Below are positions 1 through 11,600 of a stretch of 64,000 nucleotides of DNA, one piece after another (position 1 is the stretch's first letter; each line of letters starts with the position of its first letter). The stretch is from positions 1 through 64,000 of the forward strand of contig CAXXWX010000024.1 of the NCBI GenBank assembly GCA_963675745.2, read 5' to 3'. Position numbers and translations under genes: made by a program. The notes beneath the pieces are model-generated. The model did not search any database. It had not been told where the DNA came from and was given only the letters and a program-made list of their open reading frames with translations. The DNA comes from Phycisphaerae bacterium. Its GTDB lineage: Bacteria; Planctomycetota; Phycisphaerae; UBA1845; Fen-1342.

Positions 1-197
1 TGATCATAGTTGAACCCCCACGGTACGAAGCGCTCACCGGATGGCTCCAGGACAAACCCGCGCGTACCGGCCCCAATGTACGTTTGGAGCGCCGACGCTG
101 ATCGATCGCCCGAGGCGGCGCAGCCCAGCGTTGTCAGGATGACCGGTGTCAACCCGGCGATTAGCCGAATGGGCGAGCGCTTCGTTATGTGCCTCAC
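1..197 (-). CDS. 5' part of a probable cellulase-family (GH5-like) glycoside hydrolase lipoprotein; runs off the window
   Basis: Not in the ORF track. Manual translation from GTG at 197: MRHITKRSPIRLIAGLTPVILTTLGC...RGFVLEPSGERFVPWGFNYD; lipobox-like TLGC; GAAGGGGA RBS upstream. Confidence 0.6.
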   Translation of the reverse strand, partial: MRHITKRSPIRLIAGLTPVILTTLGCAASGDRSASALQTYIGAGTRGFVLEPSGERFVPWGFNYD

Positions 198-300
198 CGT
201 TCCCCTTCATCGCCGCGTGTTGCGGACCTGCGTCGCATTGCGCGGCATCATCAAGGGACAAGGAATGTCGGTTCCCAATCAAGCAGTCCACGCTCCTGGG

Positions 301-1560
301 TCACCGCCTGCCACGGATGACGAGACCGTTCTGGTTACGACCGACGTACGATGCGCCGTCGGGTGAAACATAGCAGGTGTCGACCCAGGTGCCATTCGGA
401 GCGTCAGGGGCAGGCCAGCGCAACTCGAGTGAACCCTTGTCGTACGACCAAACAGCTCGGTCCACCGCGGAGTTCATCCGTCCTTCCGGCAAGAACTCGT
501 GATAGGCCTCCGCCCCGAAATCCACCGATTGTCTCCAGGTCCCCAGAAGATCGTCGGACTTCAATGGGCGCGGTGCCAGCGCTGCAGTACTGATCGGTTC
601 ACCGACTAACGGCCAACCGTCGCGTGCCCATATCAGTGGCCGGATCTGGAGTGTTGGTACTCCGCGCTCGCCCGCATCGTACATGTGATGCACCAGCCAG
701 TCGTGATCCCTATCCCGCAGGAGGCCGTTGTGGCCCGGACCACGCCATTCATCGTAACCCGCCAGCACCAGCGTGCCGTATCCTTCGAGCATGGGACGGC
801 CCTGGAAATCGACGTACGGCCCCGTGATGTCGCGCGCGCGGCCCACCATGATCTTGTAGTTGCTCGCCACACCTCGACAGCAGTGATCGAAGGAGACGAA
901 GAGGTAGTAGTGATCGCCTTTCCAGGTCAGGAACGGGGCCTCGATGGCGTGCCTCTGCGGACGGGCCGCCAAGCCGCGGATCGGCGCGTTCGTCGAGTGG
1001 CTTGCCCGTGTCGGGATTCAGACGAACCAGCTTGATACCGCCCCAGAATGAGCCCCAGACCAGCCTCGGTTGCCCCTGCTTGTCGAGCACGAGGCTCGGG
1101 TCGATGGCATTGAAGTCCATCTTATCCGGGAAGGATTCGATCACCTTGCCGTGATCCACCCATTTGTACTCGGGTGAAGACGGATCCAGCGTCTTGTTGG
1201 TGGACCAGGCCGATGCACGAGCGCTGGCTCCCGAGCGTCGAGACAGAGTAGTACAGGTGGAAACGGTCGTTGTAGTAGGAGATGTCCGGTGCCCAGTATG
1301 TGGCGCGCTTTCGGTATCTCCTTGTGCGCCCACGCCGGCACGTCCTCTGCGAAGACGCGCCCGATTCGCTCCCATTGCAGCCGGTCCTGGGAACGTCGCA
1401 CAGGAATACCGGCACCGCTGGAGAATACGTACCAAGTGTCCTTCTCACGGACCATGACTGGATCATGCACGTGGCGAATAGCGCCCTGCTGAGCCCAGGC
1501 CAGACTGCTCGCGGATAATAGCGCTAGGCACATACCCGACCGGATACTTCGACTTGCCAT
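301..1560 (-). CDS. GH43 endo-1,5-alpha-L-arabinanase with C-terminal extension, split by three frameshifts
   Basis: Signal peptide and VHDP (ORF 1141..1560), WAPDISY (1122..1466), NAIDP and WGSFWGGI (749..1435), IEAPF and GPGHN (301..972) appear in order in successive frames; breaks near 1300, 1203 and 985. Confidence 0.85.
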
Positions 1561-2040
1561 GCCTCGCTCCTCGGCTAAAGACCGGATACGATCGCCTTTC
1601 CACGCTGGTCAAGACCAAGACAGTTTAGCGGCGCCTTTGCGCCGCGGGGGCCCCTCGGAGGCTACACTGCAATTGTCCGCCCGACAACGTTTAGCCCGGT
1701 CAGCCGGACGTTGGGCCTGCGGATAGTCACGCATCACCTTCTCAAACACAGACCTACGCTGCACACGCGCCCCAGGCGATGGCGGTACGGCGTCAGGACC
1801 CAAGCCCGGCTTGAGCCGCCCCGTGATGCTGGTGTGGCATCGTCCGCCGGGCCCGTCCAACTATGCGCGAGCAGGGAGCAAGGTCAGGAAAGGGATCGAT
1901 ACGACGCGGCGAATTGAGCGCCGGCAGATGTACTGTCGTGAGAGCATGCCTCCCGGTCGAACCGGTGTCGTGGCAGGATTTCGCCCCAACCACTACGATG
2001 CTCCTAAGATTCCAGCCCAACGGACACATGAGGGTGAGCG

Positions 2041-2358
2041 ATGAGATTCGGTGTCCTGTCATTCTGCTTTGCCGTGTTTATGTTCCATACGCCGCCGTCG
2101 CTGGCTGACTTCGCCATCCGCGATGGTGATACCGTTGTGTTTCTTGGCGACAGCATTACGGCTGCCCGAGGCTACGACAAGACGATCGAGAACTACACCC
2201 TGCTTCGTTACCCCGACAGGAAAGTCCGGTTCATCAATGCCGGCTGGGGAGGCGACACGGCCGCGGGTGGAGCCGCCCGGTTTGAACGTGATGTTCTGGA
2301 CCAGGGGGCCACCCTGGTCACGGTGGCCTATGGAATCAACGACATCGGCTGGCGGTAG
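2041..2358 (+). pseudogene. Truncated secreted SGNH/GDSL hydrolase (N-terminal half)
   Basis: Signal peptide, block I FLGDSIT, block II NAGWGG, block III YGIND, then a stop; block V DxxH is absent. Confidence 0.8.
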
Positions 2359-3365
2359 ACCGTTCGCTCATCTAACTCAGCGCGCCGGGCCGCGAGCAAC
2401 AGATGGGCTGCTGGATGGTCGCCCACACGCCGCGCATAGCGGGCAGCCTTGGCCCTGGGCGAGCACGTCTCCCAGTCCTCGGTCTGAGCCAGCTCGCGAA
2501 GCAGGTTGTTGCTGAGCACCCTCACCGTATCTACCACCTCGCCGATTATCCGGTTGCAGGCATCCGCGATTGCGACGCACCGCCGGGCGCGCTTTTGCAG
2601 GTGTTCCGGCAGGTCTTCCGTATCCGCCGACTCGGCGTACGCTGTGAGCAACTCCCACGGAAGGTCCAGGTCCGATCTGCTGCTGGCGGCCAGCGGCGCG
2701 TATTGGCGGCGCACGCGCGACCAGTAGTCGCCACCGGACGGAACGGACACCAGGTGGAACTCCGGGAGAACCAGCGCTGTGAGCCGATTACCGTGTACCA
2801 CACCTGTATCGATCGCGTACACCAGCCCGTCGCGGATGAGCGGCTCACCGGCGCGCAGGTAGTCATGGTGTCCGACCACGACCGGCTTCGGGCAACGGTA
2901 ATGGTCGTACCATGGACCAGCGTATTTCTCAGTGATATACGCTTCACCGCTCAGTGTTCCGATCACGACGCCGTCACGCTGCGCCTCGAGCGGGATGCCC
3001 GGTTCGAGGAAGCCATGCACCAGAATTGCTTCCGGCAACTCGACGTGCCGCGGAAACGTCTCCATGAACATCAGCCACCGGGCGTAGCAGTCACCCAGCT
3101 GATGCTTGACGATCAGCTGCGACAGGGCCGGCCGCGTTTCACCACGCGCCGACCGGATGTGCTTGCGTTCGTGGTTGCCCATGAGCGACATTGCGTTCGG
3201 CGTATCGCGGAAGAACTCAAGCACCTTCTCGGTGTCCGGCCCGCGGTCCACGATGTCACCGAGCGCGATAATCTGGTCATCCACCATCGGCGCAACGCGG
3301 TCGATCAGTTCCTGGAGCTCGTCGAAACAGCCGTGGATGTCGCCGATGACAATGGTTCTGGGCAT
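2328..3365 (-). CDS. PPP-family metallophosphoesterase with C-terminal helical extension (3' end probably truncated)
   Basis: GDIHG, GDIVDRG, GNHE, VVGH and IDTG motifs. Confidence 0.9.
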   Translation of the reverse strand: MPRTIVIGDIHGCFDELQELIDRVAPMVDDQIIALGDIVDRGPDTEKVLEFFRDTPNAMSLMGNHERKHIRSARGETRPALSQLIVKHQLGDCYARWLMFMETFPRHVELPEAILVHGFLEPGIPLEAQRDGVVIGTLSGEAYITEKYAGPWYDHYRCPKPVVVGHHDYLRAGEPLIRDGLVYAIDTGVVHGNRLTALVLPEFHLVSVPSGGDYWSRVRRQYAPLAASSRSDLDLPWELLTAYAESADTEDLPEHLQKRARRCVAIADACNRIIGEVVDTVRVLSNNLLRELAQTEDWETCSPRAKAARYARRVGDHPAAHLLLAARRAELDERTVYRQPMSLIP

Positions 3366-3495
3366 TCAATCCACCGTGCGAGGTGCATCAGCAAGCATGC
3401 CGTCGTACATACATCCTGGTATCATGCACTGAGCCTATCCTACTTCGAGACTCAAAGGCGCCGCCTTACGGTGCAGGTGGCCTCGCCCCTTTCAA

Positions 3496-3800
3496 CTAGT
3501 CCAGGAAGGCCACATCACGCATTGCCGGCGTCTCCGTCTCCCTGTTCATCTCCACGCGGTGCCAGCCGGTGAGCGTGATCGTCTTGTGGGCGGGATGGCG
3601 CACGCGCCCGCGGACGTACACGTCGGAATCTCGGCGCATCACCTGCCAGTCCCACGTGCGCGCCAACGGCTTCCCTTCAAGCCACCTTGCGATACTCCGT
3701 CTCGGGCAGCCCGTTAGGATGGAACACGCAGCGATAGACAGTCTCACCACCGTGTCGGACCAACTCGTCGACGATGTGTGGCTTACACCGCGATCGCCCT
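3496..3800 (-). pseudogene. 3' remnant of a conserved hypothetical gene, frameshifted
   Basis: KPHIVDELVRHGGETVY...HPNGLPETEYRK continues in another frame as WQVMRRDSDVYVRGRVRHPAHKTITLTGWHRVEMNRE...VAFLD*, a C-terminus I recognise from uncharacterised proteins; no intact N-terminus. Confidence 0.6.
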
Positions 3801-3987
3801 GCGTGGCGACGTGGGCCACGGTTGCGGGACTCCCCCGCCGCCAGGATCTTCGCAACACCCGCCGGGCCGGAGGCCGGTTCCATGACGAGATAGGTACTTG
3901 CCTCCACGCGCGTCCAAGCGAAGAGGGTGGGCATCCGCCTCCGGTGTGGTAAACTGCTGAGACGGCCACCGTCTCCTGGGGTAACGA

Positions 3988-4590
3988 ATGTCTGCCGATT
4001 TCATGACCAGCGCGGTTATTCTGCGCGGCTTGCAGGATCGTGACAGCGATGGGGCTTGGCGCGCCTTCTGTGAACGTTATGAATTGATGCTGCTGAACCT
4101 GGTGCGTCGCGCGGGGATCCGTGACCAGGACGCGTTTGATGTCGTGCAAGAGACGCTGGCGGCTTTCGTCAGCAGTTTTCGGGAGGGTAAGTACGATGAG
4201 GCGCGCGGACGGCTGAGGGCATGGCTTAAAGGCATCGCCATCAACAAGATCCGCGAGGCGCGCCGGCGCCTCGGCCGGCAGGAACGTCAGGTCGCGGACA
4301 ACCCGGGCTCGACGGCTTTCATGGACCGAGTCCCAGACGATGACAACGAACTCGAAAATGCGTTCGAGGAGGAGTGGGAACAGGCGGTTCTGGCGGCGGG
4401 CATCCGGCAGGTCCGCACTGAAGTCGAATCACAGACCTTCGTCGCGTTCAAGCGTTATGCGATTGACGGCCAGACCGCTGACGCCGTGGCCGAGGAGCTG
4501 GGAATTTCGCGGGACGCGGTGTACGTGTGTAAGTCTCGCGTGCTCAGTCGCTTACAGCACTGGCGGACGGCCTTCCGCGAGAGTTGGTGA
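3988..4590 (+). CDS. ECF RNA polymerase sigma factor
   Basis: Region 2 DAFDVVQET...RLRAWLKGIAINK; region 4 VAEELGISRDAVYVCKSRV. Confidence 0.92.
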   Translation: MSADFMTSAVILRGLQDRDSDGAWRAFCERYELMLLNLVRRAGIRDQDAFDVVQETLAAFVSSFREGKYDEARGRLRAWLKGIAINKIREARRRLGRQERQVADNPGSTAFMDRVPDDDNELENAFEEEWEQAVLAAGIRQVRTEVESQTFVAFKRYAIDGQTADAVAEELGISRDAVYVCKSRVLSRLQHWRTAFRESW

Positions 4591-4739
4591 TAGATGTCGC
4601 CGCGCGGCTGCAATAGGTCGTCAGTGTTTACTGGTTGTGGAAGACTCGATTGCTCAGTAAGCCTTCTCGAGCAATCGCGTACTGAGAGAGTCTCGACTGG
4701 CGATTCTCGCCCAGAGCGGCGAACACAGGACCTGACGCA

Positions 4740-6527
4740 ATGGCGTGCTTGACCCAAGAGCAGATCGAGCAACTCGCGGGCGGGGAACTTGCACCGGCGG
4801 AAGCGGCCGAACTGCAGGCACACGTGGACGCGTGTAAGAGCTGCGGAGAGCGAATCGAAGAATGGCAGGCCTGGGAGGAGCTGCTCGGCGACGTGCGCAA
4901 ACTGCCCAGCGACGTGTTCACGACTGCCAGCGATGAGTGCGAGACACAGGTTGCAATGCAAGGGGACAGTACAACCGCGCTGACTGCCGCTGATCTCGAA
5001 GGAGCACCGCTGCCACGTCTACCCGGTTACAGGTTGCTCCGCGAGCTCAGCCATGGCGCTCAAGGCGTTGTCTACGAGGCAATCCAGGAATCGACCAAAC
5101 GCAAAGTCGCCCTGAAGGTGCTGCTGCCGGGCATTCACGCGTCCAAACGGGCCCGGAAGCGGTTTGAGCGTGAGATCGAGATCATCGCCCAACTGCGCCA
5201 CCCGAACATCGTGTCGATCTACGACGCCGGCCGGACACCCGAGGGCCGCTATTACTACGCGATGGACTACGTACGCGGCCTGCCGCTGCACCGGCACGTA
5301 AGGGAACAAAGCCTGTCGCTTGAAGCCACACTCAGCCTGTTCATGAGCATCTGTGATGCACTGCAATATGCGCATCAGCGTGGCGTGATCCACCGCGATC
5401 TCAAGCCCACCAACATCCTGGTCGATGCCGATGGCAGTCCGAAAGTCCTGGACTTCGGCTTGGCCAAGCAGCTCGCATCCAAGGCCGATACGTTATCGCT
5501 GACTGAGCAGATCGTCGGCACCCTGCCCTACATGGCGCCGGAACAGACGCGCGGCAATCCCGACGAGATCGACACGCGGACCGATGTCTACGCTCTCGGT
5601 GTGATCCTGTATGAGCTACTGACCGGCAAGTACCCCTACCCCGTGGTCGGCGAGCTGGCCGATGTGCTCCACCACATTGCGCAGACGCCACCGGAACGGC
5701 CCAGCCGGGCGTGGCTGACAGAGCAAGGTGTGCCCAGCAAAGGCATGCGCCGGCGCTCCCAACGCTGCCCGATCGAAAGCGACCTCGAGACGGTTGTACT
5801 GAAGGCGCTCGCGAAGGAGAACACACGCCGTTACCAGAGTGCGGGCGAACTGGGACGTGATGTGGACCGCTTCCTGCGCGGCGAGCCAATCGAGGCGAAG
5901 CGCGATAGCGCGCTCTATGTGTTACGCAAGATGGCCCGCCAGCACCGTTCGGCAACGGCGGCGATTCTGAGTCTGCTCGTCATCCTGATCAGCACGGGCT
6001 GGATCAGTGTGGTGTATCAGCGTCGCGCCTGGGCTGCTGAGGCGGAGCACGCCAAGACGGTGAGGCAACTGCGCCAGAGCGAGCACCAGCTCGACAATGT
6101 TCTCGAAGGCAAGCTCCTGGACCCTATCCGCACTGAGGTGATCCCATGGTTCCTGATGGAGTGGGAGGCAGGGCGCGATGAACGCGCACAGGCGATCATG
6201 GACATGGTGTCTCAGGAGTCGCCGCAGCGTCGCGTCATGGCGTTCCTCCTCGATGAACAGCGCAGGCCGGAAGAACTGCTGATCGAGATGCCGGAGCAGC
6301 ACAGGGCCCTGGCCTTGTTCGCGATTGGTGAACGACATATGAGGGCACAACGCCCTGAGGAGGCGCTGCACTTTTACTCCCTGTGCATGACGGCGAAGGG
6401 GCCAAGCATGATCAGGGCGGCGGCCGAGTCTCGGCTGAGCAGCCTGGCGGCGCAGCCTGCTGGTGAAGCTGGTGAGGAACTGGCGCCAGTCGACGCGCCC
6501 GAGTCTGCGGACCGAGGGGGGGAGTGA
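4740..6527 (+). CDS. Hanks-type Ser/Thr kinase with N-terminal zinc-finger (anti-sigma-like) domain and one TM helix
   Basis: HVDACKSC (HxxxCxxC); [26 protein letters not shown]; hydrophobic [20 protein letters not shown]. Confidence 0.95.
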   Translation: MACLTQEQIEQLAGGELAPAEAAELQAHVDACKSCGERIEEWQAWEELLGDVRKLPSDVFTTASDECETQVAMQGDSTTALTAADLEGAPLPRLPGYRLLRELSHGAQGVVYEAIQESTKRKVALKVLLPGIHASKRARKRFEREIEIIAQLRHPNIVSIYDAGRTPEGRYYYAMDYVRGLPLHRHVREQSLSLEATLSLFMSICDALQYAHQRGVIHRDLKPTNILVDADGSPKVLDFGLAKQLASKADTLSLTEQIVGTLPYMAPEQTRGNPDEIDTRTDVYALGVILYELLTGKYPYPVVGELADVLHHIAQTPPERPSRAWLTEQGVPSKGMRRRSQRCPIESDLETVVLKALAKENTRRYQSAGELGRDVDRFLRGEPIEAKRDSALYVLRKMARQHRSATAAILSLLVILISTGWISVVYQRRAWAAEAEHAKTVRQLRQSEHQLDNVLEGKLLDPIRTEVIPWFLMEWEAGRDERAQAIMDMVSQESPQRRVMAFLLDEQRRPEELLIEMPEQHRALALFAIGERHMRAQRPEEALHFYSLCMTAKGPSMIRAAAESRLSSLAAQPAGEAGEELAPVDAPESADRGGE

Positions 6528-6528
6528 A

Positions 6529-7362
6529 ATGATGCGCCGCAGTTCAGACGTTTTGAAGCCACGACGGGCATTCACGTTGATCGAACTACTGGTCGTCGTT
6601 GCCATCATCGCCTTGCTGGTGGCCGTCCTGCTCCCCGCGCTGCAGCAGGTCCGTCATCAGGCGCGCCGCGTCAAATGTCAGGCCAACTTGCGCAGCCTCA
6701 TGCAGGCATGGCACCTGTACCTGGATGAGCACGATGGACGCTTCCCCCGAGGGCTCAACCTGGATTACAACTACGGTGGCCAGCAGGGCGCCGGATCCCG
6801 GTTCTACGGGGCTGATCCACGCTTCCCGGTCCCCAAACCGCTGAACAGCACGCTTAAACTCGACCCTGTGCTTGGCACGCTCATTGGCCCCGCTGGTCCG
6901 CGTCAGGATGCTCAGGGGGCGGAGATCTTCCTCTGTCCATCCGATCGCGGCAGCGAGAGTGTTCGCCCCACGAATTTCGAGTATTACGGCACGAGTTATC
7001 GCACGAACCATCTGATCATCGGCAAGCTCCCCTTCAAATGGCCCGTGGATGATCCTTGTGGCCAGCTGTTCGAACGCATTAGCGCCCGTTTGCCTGAACT
7101 CAACCGCTCAAACATCGATGACACCAGCCGACTGATTCTCATGGGCGATGCCGGTTGGGTTGATGCATGGCGGATCGACACGGTCGAGCCCATCGAGTGG
7201 CACCACCATACGGACACGCACAACGCTGCATTCATGGACGGGCACGTGGCATTTACGTTGATTCGCAAGGGGATCCACACATGCAGCGACTATACGACGA
7301 TTCCGTATTCGGAACTCGCCAGTGAGGCTTACGATTGCCAGCAACCGGCACAATGGCCCTGA
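6529..7362 (+). CDS. Prepilin-type N-terminal cleavage/methylation protein (DUF1559, H-X9-DG type)
   Basis: [43 protein letters not shown]. Confidence 0.92.
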   Translation: MMRRSSDVLKPRRAFTLIELLVVVAIIALLVAVLLPALQQVRHQARRVKCQANLRSLMQAWHLYLDEHDGRFPRGLNLDYNYGGQQGAGSRFYGADPRFPVPKPLNSTLKLDPVLGTLIGPAGPRQDAQGAEIFLCPSDRGSESVRPTNFEYYGTSYRTNHLIIGKLPFKWPVDDPCGQLFERISARLPELNRSNIDDTSRLILMGDAGWVDAWRIDTVEPIEWHHHTDTHNAAFMDGHVAFTLIRKGIHTCSDYTTIPYSELASEAYDCQQPAQWP

Positions 7363-7586
7363 GCATGGTGGATGATTCGGGACTAACCTGCACAGCAGGA
7401 TCGCCGTGGCGATGGAAGGCTGCGTTTGAATTCTGCCGCGAATCGAGCCTATAACAGACTGAGGGTGGTACGCGCGCACTGGTGTCAACCGCCGTTATCA
7501 CGGTGGCCTCGGGGGAGTGTTCGCGTTGGTGGTGCCCGTAAAACAGGTGTGAAGGACGTGCTGCGTGGCACGAAAGAGGTGATCTG

Positions 7587-8258
7587 GTGAACAAGCGAGC
7601 ATGGACCGCAGCGATCGGATTCGTGATGACCAGCGTGGTGTCAGCATCGTTTGCTGATCGTATCGAGCCTCGGTTAGGCAATACGACCATCATGCGCGCA
7701 TCAGCCACCGCGTCAGTGACCTCGTGGGCCGCGCGGAGCGAGCAATCCGTGTACTCGAAGCTCGATATAGGAAGTGGCCTGCTCGTGCCCGGTGATGATC
7801 CAAACATGTATCTCTCACGCGACGACTACGTCAGCACGCTGCCGGTCGACACGACGGGTGAACTGGTCAAGCTCCAGTTCTTCGGAGGCATCGCAGACGG
7901 GAGCGGCGGCAGCACGCTGCTGTTCGACTTCTACGACTCTGACCAGCAGTACTTCAGTGGGCTCAGGGTCGACCTGCCGAGTGGCCAAACCGGCTGGTAT
8001 CTCTGGACGCTGACGCTGGATGTGCCAATCTCGATCCCGGCGGCGGGGATACTTGCGCTTGGCGTCGGCGCGGACACGTCCGCGGGTTGGTTCGTGAGTG
8101 CCGCCGCCCCCACGATTGGCACCACCGGCGATGCCCTGCCGGGAATCGATGAAGGCGGCGTGCCACAGAATCACAAGTTCTCGCTGATCGTGCCAGAACC
8201 CGCATCGCTGCTACTCCTGGCCGCGTTGGGCCTGCTGCATCCACGCAGGCGGTCATAG
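7587..8258 (+). CDS. PEP-CTERM sorting-domain protein
   Basis: Signal peptide; C-terminus VPEPASLLLLAALGLLHPRRRS. Confidence 0.88.
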   Translation: MNKRAWTAAIGFVMTSVVSASFADRIEPRLGNTTIMRASATASVTSWAARSEQSVYSKLDIGSGLLVPGDDPNMYLSRDDYVSTLPVDTTGELVKLQFFGGIADGSGGSTLLFDFYDSDQQYFSGLRVDLPSGQTGWYLWTLTLDVPISIPAAGILALGVGADTSAGWFVSAAAPTIGTTGDALPGIDEGGVPQNHKFSLIVPEPASLLLLAALGLLHPRRRS

Positions 8259-8605
8259 CCCTACGCTTCGGACATCAGCGCCTGCCGCGATCGGTGCCCC
8301 CGTTCACGTAAACAGGCGACGACGCATGACTTGCAACGCGGTGCCTGGTTGGCTGCGCCAGCGACATTGTCCTTTCTGATCCAGTCGCCGAGGGGGTATA
8401 TTGGACGTGTGGACCGCTCCGGTGGAGGGGAGCCGCGGTCGCCGCTGGCGGGGTGTGCTGGCCCGTGGCACAAATCTGGGGCAATTGGTGCAAGATCCCC
8501 GGGGTGGTCTGCAATAGGACGTCGGTGCGTGAATCGCGCCGCGTCAGTGGTGGTCGCTGCCGCAGGCTTAGCTGATCCAGGACAAAGCAAGCAGGAAGGT
8601 GGGCA

Positions 8606-11600
8606 ATGTCCGAACCACGAAACAAATGGCGGTACGCCGTGGCGATCTGGTTGAGCTGTCTGGCGGCTGGGGTGGCACTCGGTGGCGTGTGGTATGTCGA
8701 TGACGATGCGCCGAATGACCCCGGGCCGGGTGATCCGCTGATCAGCGACCCGAGCGAGGACGGATCGGCCACGCACCCGTTCGATGCGATTCAGGAAGCG
8801 ATTGACGCCGCTGATCCGAACAGTGGTGATGAGGTTGTCATCGCCGACGGGACATACACAGGATCGGGCAACAAGAACCTGGATCTTGGCGGCAAGGCGA
8901 TCACGGTACGCAGTGCATCGGCCGATCCGGCGCTCTGCGTAATCGACTGCGAGCGTGTCGGCCGAGGCCTCAACATTGACAGCGGCGAAGGCCCGGAGGC
9001 GACGGTCAGCGGGTTGACGATTGCAAACGGGACGGGTGTGCGGTGCGCGAACGGCAGCAATCCGACGCTGATCAACTGCGTGATCACGCGAAATGCCGAT
9101 GCCGGCCTGCGGTGCGAAGGCAGCAGTCCCACAGTGATCAACTGCGTGATCTGCAACAATGGGCCCGCCAACGCATGGTTGTTGGGGGGCGGCGGCGTCG
9201 TTTGCTTTGGAGGCAGCCCGACACTCACCAACTGCACGATCATCAATAACGCGGCGCGCTGGGTCTCGGGTAGTGCCCAACGTGGCGGTATCTATGCGAG
9301 CTCAGAGAGCGATCCTGTCCTGACCAACTGCATCGTGTGGGGCAACCAACCGCTGGAAGTGTCTGACGAAAGCAGCGTGCTGGCAATAACGTACTGCAAT
9401 GTGCGCGGGGGCTGGCCCGGCGTTGGGAACATCGATGCGGACCCGCAGCTTACGCCGGACGGACACCTTATGGCCGGTTCACCCTGTATCAACGCTGGCG
9501 ACCCAGCAGGGGACCATGGGGGGCAGAGCGACATTGACGGGGAACCGCGTGTGCTTGCAGGTCGCGTCGACATGGGCATCGACGAGTGGCTCGACAGCGA
9601 TGGCGATGAACTGCCGGATCGGTGGGAAGCGCGCTACTTCGGCGATCCACTGGCCGGCGATCCGGCGGCGGATGATGATGGCGATGGTCGGGTCAACCTG
9701 GACGAGTACACCGCCGGCACGAACCCGCAGCTCGGCCCCGCGACCTACTACGTGGATGTGACGGGCAGTGACGACTGGGACGGGCTCGCGCCGGCATGGG
9801 ATGGTGCGCACGGTCCCAAGGCAACGATCCAGGCTGCCATCGACGCCTGCGACATGTACGAACGTGGGGAAGTGATCATTGCGGATGGTGTGTACACCGG
9901 AGCGGGCAACCGCGACATCGACTTCGCCGGGCGGCCACTCACCGTCCGTAGTGGCGGTGGCGATCGTGATCGGTGCGTCATTGACTGCGAAAACGAGGGC
10001 CGGGGGTTCCACCTCCGCAGCGGCGAGGGAGCCGACAGCGTCATCGCCGGTCTGACAATCACGAGCGGCGAAGCAGATGTGGGCGCTGGTGTGCTCTGCA
10101 TACTCGCCTCACCGACGATCGTCGACTGTCGCATCAGCGGGAACACTGGGATCACCGGCGCGGGCGTGTTGTGCGCTTTCAGCAGTCCAACGCTACACAG
10201 GTGCTTGGTTAACGAAAACGCGATTACTCAGTATTGGGCTACCGGCTTTGGCGGCGGCATCGGCTGTTTCAGTAGCGCCCCCGTGTTGACGGATTGCAAG
10301 GTTGCCCGAAATCGCAATGCACTCTACGGAGGCGGGATCTACTGCGATCCGGATAGCCAGCCGCTACTAACAAACTGCATGATAGAGGCGAATGTCGCGC
10401 GAAGAGGCACCAATGATGCACGCGGTGGCGGGATGTACGGCGGAGATCCGGTGCTCGTCAATTGCGCGATCATCGGCAACTACTCCGAGGGGTGGGTGGG
10501 TGGCATTCACGCCGGCTCTGGTACCAGCCCTGTGCTGATCAACTGCACGATCGCGCAGAACAGGTATGAGGCTATCGGCGGTGGCGGCGATCCGGTTCTC
10601 GCCAACTGCGTCGTTTGGGACAATGGCGAGCAGGGCCTGGGCGGGCTCGGCGACGGCGCGGTCGTCGAGTATAGCAACATCCAGGGAGGCTGGCCCGGCG
10701 AGGGCAATATCGACATTGACCCACTCCTGACGCCCGACGGGCACCTGACGGCCGGCTCGCCCTGCATCGATGCCGGCGACGCGAGCTGGTTACCCCCGGA
10801 CACCTGGGACCTGGATGATGACGGGGATGTGCTTGAGCCGATCCCGCTCGATATCGACGGCGACGCGCGCGTGCTCGACGACCATGTCGACATCGGCGCC
10901 GACGAGTTCCTGGATAGCGATGCGGACGCGTTACCCGACTGGTGGGAGCTGAAGTACGTGGGTTCCGCGACCGGCGCGAGCCCGTGGCATGACCTGGACG
11001 GCGATCTCCTGCTGGACTCGGAGGAATACCTGCTCTACGGCAGCAATCCCGTTGGCGCAGTCTGGTATGTGAGCGATGACAGCGGCGAGGATACGTGGGA
11101 TGGTACATCGCGCACGTGGCAAGGTGATGCGGTCGGTCCAAAGCGGACGATCCAGGCGGCGCTGGATGTCGCTGACGACGGTGACTCTGTGCTGGTTGGT
11201 GCGGGTATTTACACCGGCGCGGGCAACAAACTGCTGGACTTTCACGAGCGCAGCATTGTCCTGCGCGCCTTTGAGCAACCTGGACCAACGGTGATCGATT
11301 GCGGTGGCTCCGGCCGGGCATTCCAGTCTTACGACGACTGGGGCGGCAGCAAAGTGCTCGATGGGATCATGATTCGTAACGGGAGCTCCGGTTACGGGGG
11401 AGGCATCCGCGTACGTACAGGGCGTTGGATGCTGCGGAACTGCACGCTGGAGGGCTGCACCGCCACCGGCTCAGGGGGGGCGTTCCACTGGGCTGGTTGC
11501 GTGCTTCGACTCAGCAATGTGATCTGTCGCGACAGTGATGCCCCGGAGGGGAGTGCCGGTGAGCTGATTGGGGGCGATGTGCGCCTCGACGGCCCTTTCG

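Noticed and set aside
1561..2040. Long intergenic region as ncRNA or small ORF
   Set aside because: No convincing structure, repeat or coding signature by eye.
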